A DNA stretch of 64,000 bases from the human T2T-CHM13v2.0 reference genome, Homo sapiens: NCBI RefSeq assembly GCF_009914755.1, contig NC_060929.1. One strand, given 5' to 3'. The position numbers and the translations under genes were made by a program. A model generated the notes under the pieces. It saw nothing but the letters and a program-made list of their open reading frames with translations. It had not been told where the DNA came from and made no database searches. Below are positions 1-14,410 of this stretch, one piece after another (within the stretch, counting starts at the first letter, position 1; every line of letters starts with the position of its first letter).

Positions 1-1108
1 CTAATAAAGAAGGAAACTTTTTAAAATTTTTATTTCTGAATAGCCATTGGTTTGACTCAACTGAGAAAATTTCATTGGCTGTTTTGACATTAGGTGGCCA
101 GCTGGTATATACTCTAATTTCACAGGTGAGGTTTTTGAGATTGTCTATGCATTCTTATATGCAGCTACCACCAATAAGTAAGAAAGAATGATTATTGAAT
201 TCAATCACCAATTTCTCCCAATATATATGTACAAAGCAGAACAAAGAAAAATAAAAAAAAAATCACCAGCAGGCAGCATGCCTTGTTGATTATTTTCCCA
301 TCACTAATAACAATTTATATAAACTACAAAACATGTTATAATTTGAAGCAATTTATTCACATCTAAAATTATTACTCTAATTCCTTATTAATTGGTGTTA
401 AGTAAGAATTACCAGATTATTCCAAAGCTAATATTGCATAACAGCAAGCAGAAACAGGTTTAGCAATCATCTAAAATTAGCTTATTCACTGGAAAATAAA
501 GATTGAATGTTAAGGTATAAAATTATTCTAAATCCCCAAACACACCAGAACCAATTGTGAAATTAAAATATGACACTTTCCATAATTCAAACTACAGTAC
601 TTGATTTTCATCTTTCTCCTCAGCTACCCCTAAATTAAATTAGTCTTATTGATTATAACTCAGAAATCCCTGTCTTGTTACTATGATTTTCAAATTTTAA
701 TGAAATGTACAATTTAGTTGAACATAGTTAAGTTGGTTTTCTTAAATTACAATATAGAAGATTAAGTATAGGCTCAACAAATCTCCTCATTACTATAGCT
801 ACAGACACAGTGAAAGCCAATTCCTTTGCTTGCTTATGACAACTGATAAATTCATGCATTACAAACCTGTTTTCAAGTCTGTCATGACAGATGATCACTC
901 ACTGAAGTAAGATCTTATGAACTGATTATCAGTGTTATTTAATGAAGCACTGGCTGCACCTAGGTACTGGAGTGAAATAGAAGTCCTAGTCCAATTAAAA
1001 TGTGGTGCTGTGTACAAATGGTTGTTAATAACTTTAGTAAATGCAGAACCACCATTTGAAATTCACAAGTCATCATCCTAGCAAACAGAATAGTACACAG
1101 TATGTCTT

Positions 1109-1421
1109 CTTTTTTTTTCTTACTATTTTTTTGAGACAAGTTCTTACTCTGGCTCTATCACCCAGAGTGGAGTGAAGTAGCGCAGCCATAGCTCACTGTA
1201 ACCTCAAACTCCTGAGCTCAAAGGATCTTCCTCCCTTAGGTAGTAGCTAGGACTATAGGTACACACCACCACACCTGGCTAATTAATTTAAAAAAAATTT
1301 TTTTTAGAGATGGGATATCTCTATGTTGCCCAGACTGGTCTCAAACTCCTGGCCTCCAGCAATCCTCCCACCTCACCTCCCAAAGCCCTGGGACTGCAAG
1401 CATGAGCCACCATGCCCAGCT
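1109..1421 (-). mobile_element. Alu, old (AluJ-like)
   Basis: Poly-T followed by a diverged reverse-complement dimeric Alu ending ...gagccaccatgcccagc. Confidence 0.9.
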
Positions 1422-2315
1422 ATATTTTCTGTAAATTGCTAATGAGAATGAAACATGTATGCTGTGGACAGAAGCCTTGTTGGACCTAGAGCCCATGCTG
1501 GGTCCTTTGCCTTAATAAAACATAACTCTGGCATTACATATATAATTAACAGCCTCAAAGAACATGTTTCTTTATTAAACTCTGACTGTTTCAGCATTAT
1601 TTTCAGTACATTTAGATTTAAGTTTGGTTTTGATTTTTTTTAACTTAAGTGAAAAGTATTTCTTTCTTATCAGCATTTCTTTGACATTCACAGTTGGTGG
1701 TGCCCTGAGCAAAAATGAATGGATGCCTAGACCACCCCAGACCATTCCTCCTTCCTCCCCAAACCAAAGCTGTGGAACTAACTCTTAACTGTCTTATTTG
1801 TAAACAGTGGCTGTATTCATGGCTAATATTGTAAGATTTTCTGTATAGTATCATCAAATTTAATAATTCCTTAACAGGAACTGTTCATTAAGGGTTGCTT
1901 TCTATTAAAAAATAGGTATGTGCTACCTTTTCAATCTTCTTCTCATAATATTTGAGTGATTTATTTCCATTTTGAATCTTTCTGTTTGTTAACTTTGGTG
2001 AAATTAATATACTATTACTAAAAAAGCACATTAGAGTAACTGGATGAATGACTTGAGCTCTCAGCTCTCTTCATCCCAACAAATGGGGATGAAACATTCA
2101 TTTTCTTCACATAGATATAATAAATGTTATCAGCCAGTTTCTCACCTGAGGAATTGTTACTGAGGGAGTGCTGAGCATACAAATTCCTATATCAGAACTA
2201 TCTTCTTTCTCAACAAAATGCAAGGCAAGTCTTCATTAACTACTGCCTGGTCATTTACAACACACACCAAAAATAAATGAGGATGCTATTTAAGATAAGA
2301 ATACAATAATGTTTA

Positions 2316-2505
<190 letters not shown>

Positions 2506-2865
2506 GAGTATTAAGCCATTGTCATAAGTCACTAATTCTCAGCTGTAAATATACTTAAATATATTTAAGTGTAATCTTTCATTTGTTGAATCATGTATTT
2601 TATATTTGATGAATTTCCATTTCAATTACCACAATGATGTTTACACAAGTTGCAAACATTTGTTTTTACTAGAAGAGACTAAGTCCTATTCATTAGCATT
2701 GCTCACTGTCAATTATGAAATACATTTATTATCTCCATCAGAGCTATACGATACTTAGTTTCAAAATACATGTCATTACTCAATGAGAATGAATTAAAAT
2801 AAAGCATCAAGATTAACTAGGCTAGATCTATAGTAATATATCATTCAAATAATAAAAATTAATGC

Positions 2866-3045
2866 TTATTAATTTCTTACTGCATGCCATGTACAGTACT
2901 AAGCACTTCACATATAATAACTCAATGTCATCCATAAAATAACACTGTGAGATAGGTATTGTTATCATATCTATTTTACAGATAGGAATAACGATGCACC
3001 AAGAAGGTAAAGAACTTGATTAAGACTACACAGCTAGTGGAAGAT
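2866..3045 (-). mobile_element. MIR
   Basis: Reverse-complement MIR core (ctattttacagatagga...cacagctagt). Confidence 0.7.
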
Positions 3046-4219
3046 AATTGCTTCTAAAGCTTATGTTCTAACATCTAAAATAAGCCAGTTATGTCATGAT
3101 GCCTCTTAAGAAGTCTCATATGAATCAAATGCTCTATATTACCAGCACCTGGAGAACTTTAATTTTAAAAATAAATAGGCTTATTAAGTTACACATATTG
3201 TAATACTTTAGACAGTTCCTGTTAGACATAGCCTAAAAATATATTATAGCATATAAAATGAAACTCAAAACAAAAAGTACCTAGAATTAATATTTTGCTC
3301 CACTTTCCCCAATCCATTCATTATGAAAATTTGTCACTAAGTATATAGAACATTGGAAGTGGGTTTTTTTGTTACTGTTTCCTATTTAGACTATAAGCTA
3401 GACATAGTCTAGAAAAGTAGCTAATCTATACATTATTGAAAATACCACAACATATTATACCAGGGGAACCATAGATAAATACTAAATATTACATTGATAA
3501 TGAGTAATGGGCTGAAAGCAAAACTACAATGTAACTCAAAGAGGGAATATGAAGCCAAAATAAAATGGATGTGAATCCCATGCAAGCTGTCCCTTAGTCT
3601 TCTGAAGGCTGTGAAAAGAGAAGGCCTTATTTAGGACAAAGAAAGGTAGTATTTTTGAGGTCTGGGGAAGATGCTGATATCACTTCTGTTCATTATTACA
3701 ATACTAAAAACAAGTCATATAAGGAGACGAAGAAGAAAGGATGGACAAACTATCTCATATAATCATTGTATTTTCTGCAAATACAGAAAATAAATGGTAA
3801 GAGCTCTATTTTATCTGAAACTGTAGTTTCTTCGGCATCCTAAGTGATTTTCCTAAAGTGTCATTTATTTGTCTCTAGTGAAAGGAAGGAAAGAATGTTC
3901 AAAGGCATAGAATGTTTTTAATCTCTACCTTTGAACTTCCATTATATTGTTTAAAAATTACTACGTGCATGTATTACCTATTAGTTTAATAAAACTAACA
4001 TTTTAAGTGTCAGTCTACACACACAAAAAATTCATCAAACCCAATTTAAAGTTAGTTATTTAAAATATTAATAAATGATTACTAAATGATTCTAAATATT
4101 CTACATTTAAAGCAATTACCCAAGGAGAAAAATATGAAACTGTATTTAAAAAATACATTAAGCCCTGTCCTTTCCATATATATGTTAATGGAATACAAAC
4201 AGGCACACACACACACATT

Positions 4220-5043
<824 letters not shown>

Positions 5044-5070
5044 CTCTAAACTATAGTCTGTTTAATAAAA

Positions 5071-6095
5071 AATCATGTGTCATTTAATGAAGGAGAAATG
5101 TTCTGAGAAATCATTAGGTGATTTTACCACTGTGTGAAAGTCATACAGTGTACTTACACAGACCTAGATTGTATAGCCTACTACACACCTAGGCTATATG
5201 GTATAGCCTATTGCTTCTAAGCTACAAACCTGTATAGCAAGTTCCTGTTCTGAACACTGTAGGCAATTGTGACACAATGGTAAATATTTGCATATCTAAA
5301 TGTATCTAAACATAGAAAAGGCACAGTAAAATTATGTTATAAAAAGATTAAAAAATGGTACACCTATATAGAACATTACCATGAATGGAGCTTGTGGAAC
5401 TGGAAGTTGCTCTCGGTGAGTCGGTGAGTGAGTGGTGACTGAATATGAAGACCCAGCTCTGTACACTTCTGTAGACTTTATGAACACTGGACACTGAAGC
5501 TACACTAAATTTATTAAAAATATTTTTTCTTCAATAATAGATTAACCTTAGCTTACTGTAACTTTTTACTTTATAAACTTTTCATTTAACCTTTTGACTC
5601 TTTTGTAATACCACTTAGCTTGAAACACAAATACATTGTACAACTGTACAAAGTATTTTCTTTATATCCTCTCTATCAGCTTTTTCATGAAAATTTATTT
5701 TTTTACTTTTTAAACTTTTGTTAAAAACGAAGACATAAACTCACATATCAGCCTAGGCCTCCACAGGGTGAGAAATATCAATATCACTGTCTTCCCCCTC
5801 CACATCTTGTCCTGCTGAAAAGTCTTCAGGAGCAATAACACACACAGAACTGTCACCTCCTATGGTAACAACGTTTTCTTCTGGAATACCTTCTCAAGGA
5901 CCTGCCTGAGGCTGTTTTGCAGTTAACTTTTTTTATATGTGAGTACAAAGATTATACTCAAAAATAATGATAAGAAGTACAGTACAGTAAGTACTAGGCA
6001 ATAGGCATTTTTCAGCTCCATTATAATCTTATGGGGCCACCATTATAAATGTAGTCCTTTGTTGACTAAAAACATTGTTACATAGGGCCTGACTA
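5071..6095 (-). mobile_element. Tigger3-family (Tigger3b-like) DNA transposon, near full length
   Basis: Both ends resemble Tigger3 termini (tcatgtgtcatttaatga...ttctgagaaat; cagctccattataatcttatggg...gacta); characteristic interior gcctactacacacctaggctatatggtatagcc. Confidence 0.85.
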
Positions 6096-6096
<1 letters not shown>

Positions 6097-6133
<37 letters not shown>

Positions 6134-6280
6134 CTGTCTCTCTCATATGCCCTGTCCTTTTCATATATATGGAATATTTTTACACATATATATGAATGTA
6201 CATTTATACACATGTACATATATATATATATACATGTGTCTTTCATATATATACATATACACAAACACACACAATATACA
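6097..6280. repeat. (CA)n microsatellite followed by TA/CA low-complexity DNA
   Basis: Direct reading. Confidence 0.95.
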
Positions 6281-9082
6281 AATTTTGCCTATGGTAAAAC
6301 TAAAAGAGTATCCTTGTAGACACTCATTGAGCAAATAGTTTTTCTGGATACCAAAAAATTATTGTTTTATATGAAAATACAAGAACAACTCTTCCCATAA
6401 AACACTGATGGATATGAAATAAGTAATTTCTTTATATAATTGTATAATTTTTGAGATGTAGACATGTTTATTTTCCTACAAAAAACATAAATATTTATAC
6501 CTTATTAAATTATCTTTATAGCATAAAATATTCTGATCATTTTCAATTTAAAAAAGCATTGACATAAAGTATTAATTTTCTCCTAGAAAGAAAATGGGAG
6601 GGGGGAAATAAAGTTATCAGAATAGTTTATCAAGGCTTTAGTTGAGGTCTGCTTTCTCAAAGTAATACATATATTTGGATGTTTTGTATTTATATGCAAT
6701 TTATTAGGTTTCAATTTGATTTTTTTCACTGCTGCATCACAGGATGGTTGCTGGTTTAGAAAGGAAGCAAGTAGGCCAGCCACCCAAAAAGAAACCCTCG
6801 CTGTACCTCCCAGGAGATTCTTGCAACAGACAGATGCTGGCCACACTTCACAGCCTTCCAGCCACCAGTTGCCCAGCACATGGCTGAGAGGGAAGAACGA
6901 GCCAGTAATGGCAGGCACCAGCATTTTATAAACAACTGGTTCTCTAATTCCTTCTCATCTCTCTCTTTTCTCTTTACTTACCTCTCTCCCGTCTCCTTTC
7001 CTTTCTCTCTTCTCAACAGCCTTGCCATTTCCCCCATCTTTATCTCACTATTCTTACTTCATTCTTATTCCTTTCTCCTTTTTCTCCTCACTTGCTTTCC
7101 GCTGCTCCCTTTTCCAGTCTTTTTTCCTCTCCTCCAACATATTTTATTTGTAAATTGCATCCATCCACAAAAACTCTGATATACTTATAAGAACACATAA
7201 AAAAATTATAACACGTTAGCAAAATTCCAACAAGGAATAGTGTGGATACATTAGGTAAGCAAGACTCACAAATACTGGACCTTTCATCATTCTCTTTACT
7301 ATACCTCCAATCCCCCATCTTGTCAACTATTTACTTTTTTCCTCTTTAACATACTGTTATCTACCTTCTCATCTATTCTCCCCTCCAGCATCCTTTCCCC
7401 GTCTTCCTTGTTCTTCTCTTCATCTTTATTATTCTAGTTCAAGAACATCCTTTCAGTAACCAAGTGCTCCACAACCTGTCCCTTCAAATGTAAACAAAAT
7501 CTCACCAAATTTTACCCAGAGAAATTTTGTTTTCTCCCATCTCCTTGCCTCTCCTTAGCAAGCCTATAACAGAAAATTCAGAGGCTGTGTCTCAAACACT
7601 CTCCTTATGCATATCAAACTTTTTAACTATTATAGGAGATCTCCAATATAATTGCTGAGGATATTCTTTGAAAATATTTTCCTAATCTACTAATGCACCC
7701 CAAAATATTTACGTTTTAAAATTATCCTTTTGAAATAACTCCACCAAGATTGCATTGTAGAATTCACCTTATAATTCAGTATTTTACTTTTCTTTCTATG
7801 CCTTTAATCTGCACTAAACTAATTCTGGTTACAAGGGCACTTTTGTGTACAATGCAGATTTTTTTTTATTTCTTGCTTTCCAATAAATGACACACAGAGA
7901 TATAACAAGAGGGAAGTCCTTCAGTAGTCTAAATTGAGGTCATTTTTTAAAATGCATTCTGCTTTTTAAAAATTTCTTCCTGCTTTCATTATTTGTGAGT
8001 CATTTGTTATCCTTAATACCAATGGGGTCAAGACTCATGGTCCTTTCCCGAAGTGAACTACTCCTCCAAAAACATTATGAATGTGTTTTTCATGATGAAT
8101 TACAAGTAAGCCAGCCAGTTCTACTCAAGAGCCAGGATGAGACATGCAATTAGGCTGTAAAAACCCGATGTGCTCTTTCCACCTTTCCTGTCCCTTTCAG
8201 CATGGACAAAGCAAGAAGGGAAAAGTCTCCTGACAAGATGCCAAGTAAGCCCAGGCCCTTCTGAGGCATCCTGGCGGTAGCCAGCAGCAGCCCATCTCTG
8301 CATTGCCCTCACTGCCGGGGCCCCGCGCCTCATGGCACTGCTGCGTCACATTACTTCCGCTTTTCTAACTTTTCCACTTGTGAGCACCATCAATTATGCA
8401 CTAGAATAACAGGGGCTGGCCAGGCAGTGTAACATAAAGGCCGATTATGATGATAAATAATTTAAACACCTGCGTGCCATGTTCCTTTTATCAGTGACAG
8501 GAGGCCAGGGGAATGTGATGCACAATGAAGGTCTGAATGTCCCAGAATGACCAATTTGGGGACAGCAGGGAGCACATTCACCCATGAACCTCCTGTTCAC
8601 TGCCCACAGGGAGGAAAGGGGCAAACTGAATGAACTGTTCACAAACGTATTCACACTTGAAAAAACTAGCTAAGAATCACAGGCCACAGATCCAAAGAAC
8701 TTTTCTTTCTTTCTTTTATTTTTGGCCCTAGATCTAGCCCAGGAAGTGCAGGGAACAATATTTTAGCAGTGGGTGGCATCTTATATCTTCCAGAAAAAAA
8801 AGGGAAACAATTCCATACAAAAAGATTTTAAGAGAAAAGACATAGTTTCATGTAAAGTTATTCAGACTTTAACAAAATTCAGACTTGATGATCTCTTTAC
8901 CACACAGTATGTTTAATGGTAAAGTGTAATTGGGAGCTGGCAGGGGATAACAGATACAGTAGAGGTGACCGGTCTAACCCCCTTTTAAATGACACCTCAC
9001 CATTTCTCAACTGTGATGCAGAAATTCTTCAAGTCTCTTTATTAGTATCCTATTTTTTTAATTGTGATTTGAAAATTCATAA

Positions 9083-9365
9083 TGGTGTCTCACTCGTGTA
9101 ATCCAAGCACTTTGGAAGGCCAAGCTGGGAGGTTTGCATAGAGGCTAGGAATTCGAGACCAGCCTGTGCAACCTAGAGAGACCTTGTCTCTACAAAAGAT
9201 TAGAAAATTAGCTGGGCATGGTGGTATGCATCTGTGGTCCTAGTTACTTAGGAGGCTGAGGTGGAAGATCACTTGAGCCCAGGTGTTTGAGGTTGCAGTT
9301 AGCTATGATGGCGCCACTGCACTGTAGCCTGGACAACAAATGAGATCCTCTCACAAAAAAAGAAG
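9083..9365 (+). mobile_element. AluJ
   Basis: Diverged dimer; degenerate TSD gaaaattcataa / gaaagttcacaa. Confidence 0.9.
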
Positions 9366-12337
9366 AAAGTTCACAACAAAGAGGAAACTTTCATATGTTC
9401 AAAAACTTCCAGGAAAACAGGTACCCTCCTACCAACGCCCTGGGGAGTTCAAAACTCAGTAACACTGACAGTATCTGATATCAGGTGGATGTTCTTTACC
9501 CACATAGGCAGACTAAGTTTTAACCTGAGTCCTTAAGGGCGTATACCCACACCAAAAATAATGACAGTATTTCAAATGGGAGAAGTTCAGATAACTGTCT
9601 CAAGTCTATTGATCTTCATGGAGATAATTTCCAAGGTATAATGCAAGATTTCTAATGTTTAAAAAAGGTAGAACAACCCCAATAGCATATACAAGAGTGA
9701 AAGGGAAAGGAATAAAACTAGATACCAGTAAGGATGTTGACAAATCAAAAAGTGACCTTAAAATATACGAAATTCAAAAGAAACGCATTTAACTTACGTC
9801 AAATGATAGTCAACTTCACTTCTGGAATGAGACTTCCATTATCTAGAAATATTCCAAAATTAATTCTTAGTCTACATGAGAGCTAATATTACATTTCTAA
9901 ATGCAAATTGATGAAAACTCTAGGGGGAAAAACCATTTTGAACTGTGGTTTCCAGAAGGCTTCAGGTTTAGTCATGTCAAATTAAAGCGGAGCAAAGCTT
10001 CTTAAAATAACATTCTTCTTAAATCGCATCCATATGATTTAGCAAATTGATACGGCCAAAGTCAATAAATCATGATGCCGGGTTTTTACTTTAATGTATA
10101 ACTGCTTTTATTTTATTTTTTGCTTTGAGCCAACTCCTTATAATTTTTAGCCCAAAGTTAAATGTATATTCTTGTCTAGGCAAAACAAGCTACTTCTCAC
10201 ATAACGGGTTCCTGGTTTTCAATGTCAAACCACCACGAATGCAGGAAATCTTCCCCCAGCGGTTCAGCAGGACACAGAGCTGGCTGCCTCTGGTTGCACC
10301 AACATGCAACCCATTAACTGCTTTTCAGTTGGCAGTATTTGAATTTGTAGATTTTTTCACCACTTTTCAATGTGTAAGTGCTTCTTTTTTCTTAACCCCA
10401 GGGATTTCATTTTGTGCTGACACATACCCAAGAAGCAATCTCCATGAAACTATCCTTTTAAGGCAAGCATTTTGTGCACTCCTTAATGATGGGTGTTTAA
10501 GAGAAATGGTAATTATGATAGATTTTGAGCCTTAGGTAACAGACAGCCTCACAGTGAGAGGGTTCACTACATTTAAGACCAAACTCCTCATTAAGAAATG
10601 GAGATGTATCAATTCAGCTCTGTGCAGACACACTGACAGTGAAGTCCAGGTTAGTAAAAGCATTCATCCTTAGGATGGATGGTCTCAGGAGTGAGCCAAC
10701 ATTCAACAAGGTCATGCTAGTTCACCCAGATTGTGGGCAAATGAAACTTCTCAGGGACAGTTAAACCTAAGGGACATGGGTTGAAAATATTATTAAAGCA
10801 TCAATGCTTAAAATATTTTCTCCTTTCTTATCCTTTTTATGACTTTAAAATATTTTTGTTTAAATGAGTCACTTAAGCTACCACATTAGATATTCTGCAT
10901 GCTATAACTGATGCTGAAATCAGAGTATCAGACAAAAGGCATCTAAAGTTCTTAACTAATGCTAGTAATAAAACTACCATGAAAACATATTTTATATATG
11001 TGTGTGTACATAAATCTGTTTTGCATATATGTGTGTGACTCCTAAGACTCTCCTCAAGAGGTATTCCAGATTAACATCACTGTTAAATGAGAAAAAAAAA
11101 GTCCTTGAATCAAGATGCATAACTTCAATCCCCTCCCCACACGCTGCATATGCGTGCAAAAGTTTTCCTGCCCAGCTTGCCTGCAAGGATGGCGAACAGA
11201 ATTTAATATTTCATGGAGCCCAAAGCACAAAGCATGTTCAAATTCAATACAAGAAAATGCTTTATCACATCCTTTATAGATTAATAATCCAAAACGGTGA
11301 GAAACTTCAGGAAGCCATGACAAGTTTTAACCAAATGACATGTAAGTTTCTTCTGGACACCCTCAAGCTATTAATGAAACAGAAAATCTGAAAGATGTGT
11401 TTGATTTATCTGTTTAAGATATGTATTTCCAGAAGAGTTACCATATCCCATCATATTATTTATTATAGCTAACATAACTTGGAATATCTTATGCAGTTTT
11501 TCTTCAAGAAGATCAGATCATGTTCTTGAATACAGATGGCATAAGCCACGTATCTTGCATAACACTTCCTCTATTAAAGCTAAACCCATGAAAACTGTTT
11601 AAAGGGAAAGAGTGAAACATGGGCAAACATGGTCCCATAATAACCAGCTGTGAAGGTGATAAGGTTCTGGCAGGGCAGTGGCGTGATGACACAGGGCAAT
11701 AATCTGTAAACCATTAGAAACGAGCATGAAAAGTATTTAGTGTTTTACAAATATTTCAGAGCAAAGCAAGCATTTCAGGTTTAAATCAACCAGATTTAAG
11801 CTTTCTGGTTTTATAAGAATAACCTACTATAAATCTTTCTAAAATGTGCCTGCTTTTTGTTTATTTAATTTTATTCAGGCCAGTAATGACCATGACAAAT
11901 ACCTAAATGCTGAACTAAGCAAGAATTCTAACCCTAAATTTTGTGTGGGAGGCTTAAATTTCTTTTATAAAGCCAATGACAGTAAATGAGTTCATTATTG
12001 GTCACTTTCTTTTGATAAACCATAACCAAAAATAAAATCGTAATATAATTATAAGAGAAATCAAAAGTCCAGAAAAAACAAGAGTACAGCCATATCTTCT
12101 CCAATCTTTAATCCACTCCCAAGAATGACTTTTGGTTAAAATAAGTCATTTCAATCTATAATATTTAGAATGACAAGAGAAGTCCTTTGACTCCAGCCTG
12201 CTTCCAGCATCTGTCAAGAAAATCACAAACCTAACCCTCAATTCATTGGAGAATGCTAACAGGAGATGAATAAGGCTTCAGAGAGAGAAAGCATATTATT
12301 AGAAAGGTTCAAGACCAAATATTCACAGCAAGGCACT

Positions 12338-12351
12338 GTGTGTGTGTGTGT

Positions 12352-12382
<31 letters not shown>
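12338..12382. repeat. (TG)n microsatellite with one interruption
   Basis: Direct reading. Confidence 0.95.
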
Positions 12383-12675
12383 GGTTTGCTTTTCAAGTAT
12401 GGTACTGAGTTTTTAAAGTATATGGATTAGGTTATTTTTAGTTGAAATTTTTCAAAATAAAAGATACATATAGTGTATGTGTGTGTGTATATATACATAA
12501 ACTGATTATATATATACTATATATAATCAGTTTAAATTTAAAAGCCCCTACAGATTATATATAATATATAATTTATGATTATACATAATATATAATCACA
12601 TATGTAATAATATATATAATCAGTTTAAATTCAAAAGCCCCTACAGAGAAAACAAAAAACTAAGCTAACAGTTTA

Positions 12676-12993
<318 letters not shown>

Positions 12994-13089
12994 AACAGTT
13001 TACTTTTTTAGTCCACTTTTGCATTTCAACTACTTCTAATCATAAATAACCTAAGGGTTCCTGCTTTCCAATCCACACAAGAAATCTTA

Positions 13090-13835
13090 TCAGAGATACA
13101 ACACCGCGTGATCTCACTTATATGCAGAGGCTAAAAAAGTAGAACTCATAGAGAGAGAGTAAAAAGATGGTTTCCAGGGACTGGGGCGGGTGGGTGAAGA
13201 AAGTAGAGAGATGTTAGTCAAAGAACACAAAATTTCAGTTAAGTGAAATAAGTTCAAGAGATCTATTATACAACATGGTGGCTACAGCTAATAACAATAC
13301 ATTGTATAGAGTTGACCTACTGCAACCACAAATTCAAACAGGCATGGATCAAAAATATTTTTAAAAAAGTAAGATATAACAATACAAAAATGCAAAATTT
13401 AAAATACAGTATGACAACTATTTACATAGCATCTATGTTGTATTAGGTATTATAAGTAACCTGGGGATGATCTAGATTATACAGAAGGATGTGCATATGT
13501 TATATGCAAACATGATACCATTTCAATTTTATATAAGGGACTTGACCATCCGAGGACTTTGGTATCCATAGAGTTTCTGGAAACAATCCTCCACGGATAC
13601 CGAGGGATGAATGTACTTCAAAATTTCTAACAGAATAGATCTTAAGCGTTCTCACTATACACACACATACACACACACATATACACACACAAAAAAATAA
13701 GTATGTGAACTAATGCATATGTTAAATAGCTTGCTTTAGCCATTCTACAATGTATACATACATCAAAACATTGTAAACCATAAATACATAGTTTTTACTT
13801 GTCAATTAAAATAAATGGATTTAATAAAATAGAAA
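13090..13835 (+). mobile_element. L1MA 3' end, split by MER2
   Basis: L1MA 3' UTR (aataagttcaagagatctatt...attgta | tacttcaaaatt...gccattctacaatgtatacat). Confidence 0.85.
13309..13613 (-). mobile_element. MER2 family (TcMar-Tigger)
   Basis: Reverse complement of MER2 (…ggataccgagggatgaatg); TA target duplication on both sides. Confidence 0.85.
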
Positions 13836-14174
13836 AAAGATACATGTGGTGTGTTGCAGAATACTGTAAAAGCATATAGAAAGCACTCAGGTAGTAAAAA
13901 TTCAGCCTTCAGTTATAAAAGCGTTTCATTTAAAACACAACATATTACTTCGGTGATTTAACATTTTCCCATTTTTCTCTATCCCATACCCACCACACAC
14001 AGAATAACCTACATAAGTTAGAATTTTAAAATGGGGGGTTATTATTTACATTTTCTAGAATACAACTAATTTGGAAAAAGTCAGAGGAGCAGCAGTGAAT
14101 TGGCAGCATTCATTTGGTAAATTCGGTAAGATGACATATACCTGCTTAAACAATAGTGCTAGCAGCAGAAGCTC

Positions 14175-14410
14175 AGTGAAGTGCTTAAGAGCACAGACTC
14201 TGGAACCAACTTCCACGGTTCATAATTCCAATTCTGTCACTTACTAAAGGTGTAACTTTCATCCAATAATCTCTCAATGCCTTGGTATCCTTAACTGCAA
14301 AATGAAGATGGCAGTAATAGTACCTACCTCATAGGGTCATTAGGCAAATTACATGACTTTACATATGCACAGTGCTTGAAAAGAGACTGACACATGGGAA
14401 GTGCTATGTA
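14175..14410 (+). mobile_element. MIR
   Basis: ttaagagcacagactctgga...aatagtacctacctcataggg. Confidence 0.85.

Noticed and set aside
10125-11391. 136-aa and 120-aa + strand ORFs in unique intronic DNA
   Set aside because: No recognisable homology, poly-A/TSD or exon context. They are antisense to EFNA5 and compatible with chance in 64 kb.
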